Assembly (NCBI GenBank): GCA_036172245.1
Contig: JAYWIR010000006.1
Location: 310,001 to 374,000, forward strand
Direction: 5' to 3'
DNA: 64,000 bases
From: Raillietiella orientalis
Taxonomy: Eukaryota
Under the pieces are notes generated by a model. That model had not been told where the DNA came from and made no database searches. It worked only from the letters and a program-made list of their open reading frames with translations. Made by a program: the position numbers and the translations under genes. Shown here piece after piece: positions 50,901 through 64,000 of this stretch (positions are counted from its first letter, which is position 1; every line of letters starts with the position of its first letter).

Positions 50901-53900
50901 GGAGAGTTCGCGGGAAGCCGCTTCAGCGCGGATGAAGTGAAGGTGGTGAGTGGGAAACTGGGCGTGCCAAAACCCGGAAACATGCTCGTCTCCCTACAAC
51001 GGGGTGAAAAGGTCTAGCGAGAACGAATTCGTCGATTAAAAAAAAAAAAAAAAAACTAATTAATGAATGCAACTTTTTCTCTTGTCTCTCTTTTTTTTTT
51101 TTTCCAGAAAAGAGCAACTTTGAGCATCGTTATATACCCCAGAAAACGAAGGATAGCAAAAAATTCCCGGAACATGACCAGCCCTTTTCACGCTATTACT
51201 CTGCCTTTTTGTCCAAGAGTTCCACTCCGAGGTCCGGTATTCGCATGACGGAGATGTCTCTGAGACGAATCGCCTGTCCGCTAAACGGACGATGGAGAAG
51301 ATCGAATTGGAACACGCGAGAAAGACGCTCCATCAACTCCGCAACCAAGGATTGCTTAGGGTGACGAATTGACGCAGTGATCCCTCTTCCCGACAACTGC
51401 TGATGTTGTTTGGAGACAAGCAGGCGTTGGGTTGTGGGGAAACCGATGGCAAAATAGGAGCGCAGCCTCTTCAACAGTTAGGGAGTAAACAAATGGAAGC
51501 AAAGTAGCGGCAGAATTCAAGGAGCAATTCTTATTGCCCTGATACTTCACCTTTACCTTCGGAACTCATGTAAGACGAATGGTAGGAAATGGTCATCCTA
51601 CGGAACGCTACAACAGGGAAAACCGGGATAGTAAGCAAAGCTCTTTGAAATGGTTGGTTTCCATCGATTGAGAGGCGTTCATCTGCGGACGCTTCTTGGA
51701 ACGGCAGAACTCGAGTGAACTTCGCTAACCTTGCTAACTACTAGTTGGTGCGCCTTGGTGAGCGGAGGGCGGCCAGAAGCCTTCGCATGCGGTGGTGCGG
51801 TGAGAATGGGAATCCGTGTAGGGATTCGCATTGGCTTCGTGCCCCACCCTGCATTAGCGCTAGGTGGTGGTCATCTCCCTCATGCAGCGCGGACTGCAAG
51901 AACAGAACTGCAAGCTTGGGCTTGATATGCTAGCAGTGGTCCCATGCAGTCTGGATTCTGAAAATTTCTTTCGTACCAGTCCTGCATCATTGCAAGCAAG
52001 CGTCCTTTATTGGAATCCATCGCTTGCGTGAAACGAGGATCGCATGCGGAGAAGGGCACTGCAGCCGTCGACTTGCTGTGTCTCCTTTGGAAACTCCCGT
52101 TGGCGCCAATTGTCTGCTCGTTCGCATCGGAGAGGTTTCCTCGTTGGCTGGGAGCATCGTTCTTCCGACAACGCATCCGATTGCCACTTCTCGTCGATGC
52201 TGTTCGTGGTGATTCAGGAGCGTCTCTCTGCTTTCGGTCGCCTGGCTCGTGTGCTCTCAGCGTATTGCGTACCCACCATTCGATGCATCCAAGCATTGAG
52301 AGTATGCGTCCGTTGGATCGGTGACTTCCAAGGAGCTCTGGTGCACCAGCGACCGTCGCTATAATATCGGATTGCAAGTGTCGAGAAAGAATCGTAATAA
52401 TGAACGATTGGCTCACCGAAGGATTTCCTGATGAAATCCGAAGCTGTGGAGACGGAAGTCGAGTACTTTTTGCAATGAACGGAGCTTTCGAAATGAAGTG
52501 TGAAGACAAACCGCAACGCGTGTCCTTTGAATGAATGTTTTTGCATTCTTTCCAGTGCACGAGGTTCCTGCGTTTCATTATGTAATGTACTTGGGAAGGA
52601 AGATTGTCGTGGTGTGAGAATGTACTTTTCCAACAACGATTGCTAGCCAGACAATCTGTAGAATGTCGATCTTAATGTGTGGCAAGTATTATACAAGTTA
52701 TACAGAGGCTGCCGTGATGTGCCTGTGAGTAAGGAAAAACGTACCATCGGCTAGTACGAATTTCACACTGGAAGAAAGCACTTACATGGAGTTGCGTCCG
52801 AGACGCGCGCCTCGAGAGCCTTCCGCAATCTGCAATGATGGGCCACTGTTGAGCAGCAGACTCAAAGAATGCCGACATCATGCTGCAGCATTTGAAAAGA
52901 CTGCTCAGGGTGATGGCAGCGGTTCTTTCCAGAGATGTTTTCAATTGCATCGCGTTTCCTGTATTTCGTCCCATGTCCTCGATCTGGAAGATTCCAAGAA
53001 AGCAGCCGATTGGATGGTCAATTGCCGCCTGGCTGTGCGTTTCGCTGCTTCTGCCGGCTGCTTTCGTTTGCTGCCGTCGAATGCTGAAGCGAACGAAGGC
53101 TGCGCTCGGATAATTCTCAGGCAATCGGAGGACGCGTTGTGGCGCGCGGGGCCAACGAACGAGCGTGGTCGTGAAACGCGATGGGATGCCCACCTGGCGA
53201 GGTCTCGCCAGGTGCAGAACACATCCCGGAGGTGTGCCGTGGATGGCGCCCGCCAGCCTGTTCCGCGACGGAAGCTTGCGTTTGGCAACGTACCTGCCTG
53301 CTGCTGCAGGAGGGACGTGTCCAGGGCCGCAGCCGTTGGCGGCAAGGCACCAGCAACTGCCTTGTGCTGCTGCCTTGCTGGCGCCGAAGACGAGCGGCAA
53401 GGTCGGTGGTGCACGAGCGGTGTCGCTTGACGTTGCCGGAAACAGAGGCTGCCATTTGCTGCTGGGCGGAAGCACCCGTCGCACACTGCTGCAGCTCTTA
53501 GAGGTGCGCAGCGACCAGAACGCAAGGTCAGCCGGAGCTGACTGGCTGCAACCACGAGGGCCTTCCGCTGTCTTCGCTTCAGTGAGGTCAACCCGCAAGA
53601 GCGCAGGTGACACGCCCTGCCGAGGAACCGGGGCGGTACTGGCGCAGCTGCCCGCTGCCAGCGTGCAGGCCCACTTACCTCTGAGCAGAGGTCCGTGGGA
53701 GCTGGTCTCCTGCTTCCCAGATCCGGGTGGCAGCGTGCATGCTAGCAACGAGCTGCCCGTGACGTGAGCGACGACGTGCTCGCGCACACTCACCTCAAGG
53801 GACCGGGGAAACTTCCTACCGATTGCGTGGAGGCTGCGCACCGCACCAAGGTGGGTTGTTTTTTCCGTCGGCATGACGGTGCGGCCGCAGGGACCTCGGC

Positions 53901-54197
53901 GCGCTTCCGCGCCCAGCCGGCCCACTGCTTCGGGTGGGTGCAATCGGCGGTCGCCCGAGAGCCGAGCGCTGGCTGCGAGGCCGCACACCAGCTAGGCGAA
54001 CGCGGGAGGGATGGAGGGGAGGGACGCACGCGCTCCGCGGGCAAGGGGGAGGGGCAGGGAAGGGGGATGATGGGTGGGGGCAAGCCGATCCGAGCTGGTT
54101 GGCGTCAAGCGGCTCGAGTGGCACAAGCAAACCACGAGCACGAACAAACCGAGCTGCGCGCAAGGGGAACGCGAGCGCAGCAGCGAAGCGACAACAC

Positions 54198-54407
54198 CTA
54201 GACGAAGAGGTAGCGGATGTCCCACAGGACGTCGTCTTCCTCCCGTTCCGTTTCCAAGCCGACGAGCTGGACCTCGACGAAAGAGACTCGCTCGGAGCGC
54301 GGGGTGTTGGGCGGAGGTGGCGGAGGTGGTGCGTCGCGGCGGCGCTTCGTCCCCAAGCACGGACAGATCCTCGAAAAGAAGCGTAGCAAGCGTTTGCCGA
54401 AGCGCAT
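54198..54407 (-). CDS. Second intact copy of the candidate 69-aa microprotein
   Basis: Differs from 20122-20331 by one amino acid (A>T). Confidence 0.3.
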   Translation of the reverse strand: MRFGKRLLRFFSRICPCLGTKRRRDAPPPPPPPNTPRSERVSFVEVQLVGLETEREEDDVLWDIRYLFV

Positions 54408-57400
54408 GGCTGGCTCGTCTTTCCCAAGGGGGGCTCAATCCGAATGGCAGTCAAGAATGGCGTCGCCCTGGAAACCACGCCTGGACCCTGCAGGCCCCGT
54501 GGCGCAGGCGCCGGCATACAGGTGCGCGTACGCGGGGCAGCAGCCAGCTGACCACCGACCAGGAAGCACGTCTGGTGGCGGACGGTCTACCAGCGAACAG
54601 GAGCAAGGCTGAAAGAGGAGAAGGAAGCAACGGGTGCGGGGGGCAACTGGGGAGCTGAACCATCCCTTTCTGGGCAATGCGGAAAAAGAGGAAGGTGTTC
54701 GCGGGCCGAAAGGCAATCGAGTCGCTGAAATGCACGCAACGATGGCTTTGCATTGCCCTTTGCTTGGCGATTGAACGCAACAGCACGTCCAACTTTACGA
54801 TTGCCGTGCAGGAAGTACACTCGGGGTGGGTCAAATGAGAATCGAGGAATCTGGCGTTTGGCTTGAAGGTGAAAAGGGAACGTTTGCAAGGTAGCGTTGC
54901 CTTGACCATGCGGCTTCGAGTGCTGTAAGAAATCATCCGGCGCATGCACTTCCTGCCCAATTCTCGACTCTGCCGTTTATAGCTGCTGGAAGTGCTTTGC
55001 ATGAACTTCGAGCTCCACGTTTTGCGAGCGACGTGTTGATGGTGCACGGAGGCGTCCATTCATTTCAGCACTCCCGAGTGAATTGGGGAGACCTGTTTTT
55101 TGCAGATTCCTACTTTTTATTGAATCCCTGTTTCCATCGTGCTACGTTTGGGAGCACAAAAAGATAGAGGTGGCTCGTTTTTGCGTTTCCGTTTGGAGCT
55201 GCCTTTCGCCAAAGTCTGCTGCTGCTTTCTGTATGCCATTGGTATAGATGGAAATCCTCGGTAAACTCGTGGTTGCGATGTTCGCATATGGGAGCGTCGT
55301 TCTTTCCGATGGGAAATGGGTCTTCAGTTGAGAATTGGAGTGTTGCGTTAATCTTTCTTTCTTGAGAAGTGCAGTCTTCGTGCGATTCCGAAGACCTGCA
55401 CTTCGAACACGGTAGCGCCATTGACAGTAGCGTTCCGTGCGATGACCATTTCCTACTATTTATGGCAACCAGTTGGGTCACCAGCCTACTGCTCTGCAGT
55501 GAACGTGCTTCTCGTGTCCCATGTGTTTTCGCGAGCAACACCTTACTCTAGACTTTCGATTCCTGACCACTTCATTCCCCTTTGCCGCTACCGCAGGTCG
55601 CACCTTTCCATGACTCGAGACGCCTGCACTTATCTGTGAGGACTCTTGCAGCCCAAATGTGTACGATTTCGGTGAAGGTCTTTGAAATGGACACAACAGC
55701 AGCCGGCAGCCCTCGTGACGTGTGCTGAAGGTGACCTTTTCCTGCTTTCTTTTTCTTTATCCCTCATCCGTGTAAGTGTCGAAGATGGATGCAAAGAGTT
55801 TCCTATCGCGCACGTTGTTTCGGAAAACTGGCATTCGGTTTCTTTGGATTCCTGGTCCTCAACCTTTCAGGAACTTCAAATGCTTCCCGTCACTCTCAGA
55901 TTGTGGGCACTGCAAAGGTTCAAATTTGCTGGGAGAACATAGACGGGGAAGGAAAGGAAGGAACCACGCTAGGAAGACATGTTCCTCTAATTGCAAAATG
56001 CCGTTTCCGTAGGGACCGTAGATGGTTCGAAACGAAGTGCAAAACATGCTTTGAGTGCCTGCTGGGGCTTTCGCATTTTCCCTATTCCCCATTCTCATCA
56101 AGTGTCGTCACTCACTGCTTTCCCATTCCGGCAAATTCGATATTTGGAAATTCCTTGCATTTCTCCTCAGATTGCACGTCGAAAAACGCAGTACCGTCCA
56201 CGACGACCAGAATCAACACGTGCGTCCATCTCATACAATCTGCTTTCTCTATATTGCGAATGGGAAACTTACGGTTTCGAAGATTTCTTCGACTCCGGAT
56301 GCAACATGATTGGAGTGGAGATGGCAATCAGGCTGCTGCGACTCCATCTTGGGATGCTGATGGACCTTTTCTGTACGGGGAATAGGATTAGGAAGATGGT
56401 AAGTTTGGGGACTGGAGAGCATGGTGGTCGGTGATGCAAAGGCGTCCGTAGTGGCAAAGGTGCTGTTGCTGACTGTGGCACCCGTCGCTTTGTGTGAGAG
56501 TAAGATTCGAGAAAGCGTGCGATTGCGAAAGGGGAAGCAGGAGGTGAGGATTCAAGTTGTACAGGGAAGGGCAATTGGGAATCCGTTGTTAGGGAACACA
56601 TAGGTTTCGCAATTCGACCTGGAATGATGTCGCTGGAGTGACGTGGAATGGTTTGTTTCTTAAGTTTGAGTAGGGGGAGTGTAGGGCTGGCATGCTTTGC
56701 ACGTTCTTGCTGAGGAAGCATGCGCACTTCCAAAGTGTTAGGCGTGTGAAGGGAAGCTGCGGTTCCATCTGCAGTTCAGAAAACCTCCTCGGTGGTGAGA
56801 AAGCTGGTTGCGCTGCCTGGAATGCAAACGCTCATACGGGTGAGTATTGGCAAAGCGTACGAGTAGCAGGTCGGCACATCTGTTTTTCAAGGTTGCGTAG
56901 GCGAAAGGTGCGTGGATGGACCTCTACAGGGTTCGTCGTTTGCCTCCCGATGTGGAAGACTATGACTGGGAATTGATCTCCAGAGAGAAATTGTAAAATT
57001 TTTGTAAAATCTTGGATTCTTTTTTGGGAAAAAAATGAGGGTTTCCCGTTCACTGAAGACGGTTGATGGGTGTGTTCGCAGGAAGGTGAACTGAGGGCAG
57101 TGAAGTATTTTGCTTCAATGCAGGCTGTGGCTGGAGGATGCGTGTAGGCATGGGCGCGATTCGATGGAGTGTTGCATACGTGTTGCAGAATTGTCACGCA
57201 TCCGAGGTTCCCGTGTAGGTGTGTGGCTCAGTGGCTTGCTGGAGGGCAAATTGTGGGTCACCAAGAATTGGCTGACAGAGTGATATGTCTAAGCATTCCC
57301 GTCAATTGCCCCGGGTTGGTGTACGAGCTAGCACAGAACGAAGGCTTTCCTCATCTCCTCGAAAGAATGTGTAAAGGGACCAAGGAAAAAATGCAAAGTG

Positions 57401-58479
57401 TTTCAATCGGACCCGGGAAGTGAGCGTCTTCTAGAAGGCTGTTCGCGGAGCGTTTGGGCAGGAAGCAAAGAATAAGCAGGGAACGGAGGCGGGGAGCTGG
57501 GAACGCGTTCCACAGGACGTTCTCTTCCGGAAGAGAAGGTCGCCATTCAGGAACAGGCTTAGCACCGATTTCGCCTTTTGGAGGGTGTCCCGTTCACGTT
57601 GCTCCCGGCTCAAATAGCAGATGAGAATGTGTGTCCGCCAATTCCCTACAGATATGCTTCCCATGAGATCTTGATGAACAGGTCATTGGGTATGGCGAGG
57701 CTTAGGGTTTTTCGAGATTGGCCTTCGCTCCCTCTTCTTTTCCTGGTGAATTTTCCGTCCGTTCCTGATTTCCGCTGCTCGTAGGCCGTGACTTTCGGTC
57801 ATGCCGAGAGACAACGCATCGCTCTCGGTAACGACCCCATCCTCCGCTGAGCAGGATCTCTTGGTACCCTTCGCTCTTCTAGGTGCGGCTCCTCACTAGT
57901 TCGGCCACCTATCATCCTTGCATTCAGGTCGTCGCCACCCTGAATTTGGAGAGTCGATTCCTCGGCAAGTGCTCCGGGTTCTAGAAGCTGTAGGCAGTAA
58001 GCGAACGGAAAGGGAGTGGTGCTTCGAGCTTTTTCCTGTAAGACTCCGTCTATTTCCTCATCGACTCCGGATTGGACGTCTAAGAGCACGGGGCGAGGAT
58101 ACGCATTGACGAATAATCATGAGAAACCCACGCAGCTTCCTCTCCTTTCTCTTCTTTGCGTTCTTTGTTGAGGAAATGGTTGGCTACTCGGTGCAACCTC
58201 TGGAAGCCTCTTGAATTGCATGCAGCCATGACGTCCATGCATGATAGTCCACACTAAGCATGGACTCTGCATCTTCAGTTCAGCAATTCCCAGAAAGAAA
58301 TACAGAGCTGAGGTTGTCCTTACGGTCAAGGAAGAACCGTTGTAGGTCCCCATTCACCTGCAGCACGTTTCCCACGGACCGCGTAACGGGGGCCTCTTTT
58401 TGGTGCGCTGGGATTTGGTTGCTCGCTCGTTCAAGGGCAGCTCGCTATCCGATCCGCCCTTGCCCTTGAAACGCGCCTC

Positions 58480-58875
58480 GTATTGGATGAGTCGATGAAA
58501 TGAGGCTGGAGTAATGGACAGTGTCATAGTGCATACTGGCGTCTTGACGATGGTTTGTTACGGGATTAGCAATTGACGTGAAAAAGCTTATTGCGTTTCA
58601 AGCGTGGCTGCAGATAGGCATCATTCTTGTAGGATTGGGCTTAGGTATAAGAGCAGTAGGTATGAGATGATTTGTTGGTTCCTGCTGCCGTGAAGTCGTT
58701 TGCTAATGTTTCCATGTGCGGGATTGGTAATTTATAAGAGTGACTGAAGACAGGATCTGATGAGTAGGGGAGAAACGGGTTGATGGTAGTGTATGGATTA
58801 TGATGTTCGAGTAATGGGGTTAGTAGGATTTCCTTCTTTAAGGGGATAGCAGTTAGCAGAATTTACCGCATTAGT
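58480..58875 (+). pseudogene. nad5: NUMT nad5 fragment, duplicate copy
   Basis: Mirror of 15669-16064. Confidence 0.8.
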
Positions 58876-61514
58876 CTTCAAAGCCACTGGTAGAAGCGGT
58901 GGAAGATGCATTTCATCTGGTCCATGGAGGTGGTGTCTGCAAAGATGGAACTTTGACCGGAAGAAGTGGTAGCATGCTGATCAACACGCGCTTGGAATCC
59001 TGTCTACGGCGACGATTTTCTCCCGCTTCCCAAAATTCGAGAAATCAAATTGCAATGATATCACGAGCCAGATGTCAGAATTTGCACTCGAGGTGGAAAT
59101 CGGAGATCCAAATAACCGATACGCCTCCGGAGAGCATATCGTCCAAATGAAAACCTAGACTCCAGGAAAAATCGACCAACTAGGTGGTCGTGTCTGAGCT
59201 TGTCCAGCAGCGGTTCTTCGTTGAAGAGAGGCATGTGCATATCTCAAAATGGGGAGAAGGTGGCACGAGAGAGGACACTCCGCAGGATCCGGACGTCGGG
59301 ACGGTGGAGTCCTCTCACAGATGCCTTTCGGTATTCCGACTTCTCGGTTCGTGTACGCAGAAAAAAAGTTGCTACAGCAACGGAAAAACGCATGCAGATA
59401 AGCCTGGATTCCAACGACCGGCAGTCTGTCCAGGCCCCGCGTGTCACCTTTGTGGAAAGAATGGTGAAAACAGTGGTCCCTCTAAAATTTACCATCAACG
59501 ATATTGCAATACTAACACCGAAAAGCTGCTCTCTTCATGAAATGTCTAGAACTGCAACGCACACTTGGATATGAGTATTCGGATTACAATGCATTAATTT
59601 CACATATGAACAAGGTTGATCATGTTCCGATAAACGAGATGAAAGAATACATCATCTACGGGCAAGAGAAATTCTCAGCAGGTGACTTGACAGAGTCCGT
59701 CAAAAAGAAATGCAAGACATAGTACAATGCTGATCTAATCCCCTTGCGTTTCTTTCGGAGGTCAATTTAAAAAACCTGCAGCTCATGTTTAACATGCTTG
59801 GGAAATGCTCAGTGGTTAGAAGGACATTCAGGTCCTTTCTTTTTGCGTGTGTGCGTCTTTTTTCCTCGAGACCTTTTTCTTCAACGCTGATATGAATGCG
59901 TATCTTCTCCAGAGGGGTCTTCTCTCATCGATTCTTTGTGCTGCATGGGAGCCGCCGGGAACTCCACGTTTTCCCGTTTGGAGAGCAGCGCCGCTGAATT
60001 TGCAGGAATTTTGGGACGTCTCCGCACCAAAAAGTGATGCGAATACACCACGACTGACACAAAACGTACAAATTCGGGAGATTGATTATGGAGAAGATGG
60101 ATCCTTCCTGCATACTCCTTTGATTCCGACGGTCCCGATAAGTCCCACCTTCTTCAGTCGGAACGCTCTGCAGCTAGAGGAAAATGCTCAACCGTGCTGG
60201 CACGCTTTTCTGCATTGTAGAGAAGATGGTTGAAACGCAAGATGAGAGTCGCTTAGCTGAAGTCTGCAGAATGCATCACCAGATGGCAACAGGTGCACGT
60301 TGAGCCTTTGAGATTTTCTTTGTGGGTTAATCGGGGCGGATGCATCACAAAGTTCACGTCTTCTCTTCCAGGTAACATCCCAGTGGCATTGATGGGAAGA
60401 AACTTGAAGATTGATTTGCGCAAATTGGTGCTTCAGGGTGGCTCAGCTTGTGAGCTTCAGATACTCACCAGCTGACGAACAGAGAATTCCATCGAATTGC
60501 ACTTCAGAGTGAAAGAATTTCAAGATGGAATCCGACTGCATTCAAGGTGGGTCCAGCCTACGATGAGGGACACGCACCCTTGAGGTCCTCAAAGATTTTC
60601 TAATCGCAAACTGCCAACGTGATAAGTGACCCAGACTGGATCCTCCATCCTCCGCCAAGCAGAGAGAGACGAACTTGAATCTCTTTCCAGAGAATTTGTT
60701 TCCATAGCCAAATGGAAAGCGACAAGAAGGTGATGTTCGTCTTTTTTGAAATCACGCGGTACTGCGTTCCTTTTCTTGGAGATCCACTGTCTTTGCAGCG
60801 AGGTGGGTCTTTTTTTGGAAGGGGATAGGGGGGCTCAGGGAGGAGGGGCGTACAGTTTATCTCCTTTGTTTTTTACATGCAAATCGGGATCGTCAAAAAG
60901 AATGCTTTTGGCCCATGAATCGCGGTGTTTACAAGGTAAAGAAGAACGGAAAGCAGCCTTTCTTACATGCAGCCTCGTGGTTCGGAGATGAAGCTTTTTC
61001 CTTTGTCCTTAACTCATGTTCCACGCATCAGATGTGACCGCGCGATTGCAAGATGACAAGCAGGATGCTCGGCAAAGCATGCAGATGGATTTCCGATGAG
61101 CCACGTCCTAGCTGCAACTCTGTCTGCATCGAAGTGTTCAGACGACTGAAAATCAAGCCGAATACGCCACTCGTGTGGAAACGATCAGGAAACGGAGAAG
61201 GCTGACTTCAGACGACAGCCACTGGCTCTTGGAGATCCGTCGCAGACGCCCCTTCATTACAATCTACAGATATGCGAAGGTAGGTTGCTCGTACACACCA
61301 CCAACTGAGGGCAATGTTCCTTCCCCAATCCTGAAGAGGGGATCTTTCGGAAAAGCCATTTCATGCGGCATTTCGTCACCCTCGAGTTTCCGACTCTCTC
61401 ATCCTGTTTCCGGAGGAACCATTCATTCTGTACAATGGGAATAGAATCGACCCGTGCGCATTGACGTATCGCTCCTCCAACTCTCCCTGGAATAAAGGCA
61501 GCTGGAAGCGTCAT

Positions 61515-64000
61515 GTGCACTGCCTTGAGAGACCAAACTTCCCTCCTCCACTCTGGTGCAGTGTGCGGCTTATGCGGAAACAGAGACACGCTTTCTTAGT
61601 TGCTAGAGGCTCCCACAAATGCTCTAAACAGTGCTGTTCCCATGGAGGGAGAAGCGGTTTGCTCTTTTCCTTGATTCAGGAAAGACCTTCGAATCCACGT
61701 TTCGATTTTCTTCATGAACTGCGTTTGCTCATCCTCTCCGCTATGCCCCGTCAGTGTTGCCTTTATCTTTGTCCACTGAGACATTACTGGTTACATCCAA
61801 CTTTCGTCGCTAACAGGCGCTGAGATAGTAAAAAATGCCTTCTCCTGGTCACTGTATCATCTTCTTGAGCCCCTCAAGAGGAGAGGGTGCTCAATAGGAG
61901 GACACCCGCTCTTCATTCAGATCGTCTTCACGGCTTGCAAAGAAAACGCAAGAAACGTGGACAGCTGAGGAGAAAGTCAGCATGGCAGGAAGGGTGATCG
62001 AAAGAGATCATTGGTAAAAGTGGTCAACGGGGATGGCATTTGCCTATCTCATTCAAGTGGTGTGCCATGGCTGACAGCTCGGGACCGTCTGTTTGTTGCG
62101 CGTGCCCTTTCGGAGCCTCCTTCACCTCCCTTGCGAGTACCAAACCATCTAGTCGCAGTTCTTCTTCCGGCATCACCAGTTCCTCGACAACTTCTCGCTT
62201 CGTCGGAAGGAACAGAATGCGTTATCTGAACGATCTCTTGCAAGAGTGAATTTCATCATTTGCTTGGATTAAGAGTTGCTCTGCAGCCGTTTCACAATAG
62301 AGTTCACGACGACACGACGTTGCACAAGACGCGCCAAGGGGAAAATCATCAACGGAGAAGCCTCCTCGGGTACTATGGTGTCCATCGCACGCGAGCGGAA
62401 GTGATGACGGCAAGCAGCTGATAGGGTGTAGGGACTGAGGCAGCGAGCAACCCTCGAACGAATCACAAGGAGAAGATGAAAACGGCCACGAGATGCAGCA
62501 GGCCGCTTCTATTCAGAGGTGCGTTGTGATGCCTGCGCGCTCGCTTTTGAATTTTTCGTGCTTCTTCGATGCAAAGAAGCAAATGATCTCGATGGGGGTG
62601 CTTCTCACGACGCTGCGAGGCACAGACATCGTATCAGTCTTTTCCTGTCGATCCATCTCCGAAGGATTGCTCCATGATCATTGAAATCCTCCTTTGCATT
62701 CGGAAGCTGCTTCAAGCCCAGCCGAGCTCTCCGCGGATCTCGCTCACAGATGTTTGCCGCACAGCACGCAAGACATGATGGAGCAATCCCGTTCTTACCG
62801 GAAGACAGCGTAACAGGAACTTTCCGAGGGACCTCGATCAGGGTATCTTCTCTCTCGTTCTCTGGGTCTCGGTAATGGCAGCATCGGAAGTGTGAGCAAT
62901 AGGGAAGAAATCTCTTCTCTCATTTCCCAAACACGAAACCTCATCTAGGAGTCGGGGCTCTCGAGGCGTTCCTGTTGAAAATGCCGCGCAGGGAAAAGCG
63001 TTTGCTTTCAGATCTAAAGAAACCATCATTGATGATCTCGACAGGTCGCATCCGATTCACATGCGATGAGAGAGGAACGTTATTGAGACAAAACCAAAGT
63101 CACTTGCTTCCTTACGAGGCAAGTGACTCTTCTGATGAGATTTTCATCTAGACGCATCGATCTGTGCTTCCTTCAGTGAGAAGAGCAGCCTCGTTAAACC
63201 TGTAGCTGCCTCTCGAGGAAGCTGGAAGGGTAAAAAGACAGCTGTTAGGGTGTCGCGTTCTTAGTGGCTTCAAACAGCCCTTCCTCAAAGCAAGGGCAAA
63301 GACTTGGGGGTGAGTAAGTCAAATCGAAAATAGAAAAAGAATTTGGAGCACTCACGGAGCTTGCAAGAGTCTTGCACGACGGTTGGGAGGAAGTGCTGAA
63401 ACACTGCCATGCTGTTTGAGGAGGCAAAGAAGCGTCTTCTTGCCACACAAGGTGCGTGGATAGGGAATTTCCTACGGAGGAATTTCAGGTGTACGTAATC
63501 GAAGAGATAAATGAAGGATCCACCTGTTGGACAAACTGATTTCAAGGCCGTCTACGGCATTCCAACGTGTCGGTTCAGGTTTCGATGAAAAGTGCGCACG
63601 GAGTGTGATTACTGGTGCATCCTTCAGCATCCAGCACACACTATAGACAAAAGGAGCCACGAGCATGGATAGCGAAAGCACAGGGTAGAGAGTAAGCGAC
63701 CGGGCGAAAGAAGGGAAGAATCGTACTGCAAAATAAAGTCTCCTGTTGCAATTCGAGGGGCTCCTGTGGATCTCATAAACAAGTACCTGATGAGGTGTGG
63801 CTTACTTCTCACAGATGATCAGCTGAAGAGCATCACTGAAAACCATTCCTTGAAGAAGCCATCGTTTGGAAGCCAATGAGATCTCCATCTCCTGGCTCCC
63901 TTTCGAATAGGAATACAAAAGTCGACTTGGTTTTCTGGTCTTTGAGTATACTGAGACCCATTTCTGTGCTGCAAAGATTATGGCTGAGGAGCACGAGAGA
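61515..64000 (-). mobile_element. Degenerate non-LTR RT/RLE element
   Basis: PTGGSFIYLFDY (QGDPLSPLLFN-like), ARRRFFASSNSMAVFQHF (ADD region) and C..CRRE..CET (CCHC-like). Confidence 0.35.

Larger units (their letters stand above)
51229..61514 (-). repeat. Block B4: inverted copy of B1
   Basis: Mirror of 12939-23280. It lacks B1 14443-14533 (91 bp) and has 15 extra bp near 54420. Confidence 0.97.

Overview
This is eukaryotic nuclear DNA, probably from a nematode (clade I, Trichuris/Trichinella-like). That assignment is an inference from 44-75 nt introns with TTTCAG-like acceptors, an MSP-domain gene and a G+T-rich nad5 remnant. Three protein genes are well supported: a sepiapterin reductase with an intronless CDS (5445-6236, -), an 8-exon Arp3 (31780-33378, -, 414 aa) and a spliced MSP-domain/poly-Asp/TM protein (from 42149 to at least 45448, +). 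Most of the remaining DNA is decayed transposons: many RLE-type (R2/NeSL/Utopia-like) non-LTR fragments, other LINE fragments, Gypsy-like gag, a hAT/Charlie transposase, a possible Helitron piece and a TA-flanked MITE. The dominant structure is a set of nested inverted duplications. A ~10.3 kb near-identical inverted pair (12939-23280 / 51245-61514) encloses Arp3 and the MSP gene. There are two further partial copies of that block, and an inverted copy of the SPR 3' end that resembles a staggered-break inversion scar. The 10 kb block carries a mitochondrial nad5 fragment (NUMT) and a 69-aa candidate microprotein. Most ORFs in the supplied track are shadow ORFs. All family assignments come from motifs read by eye; no database searches were run.
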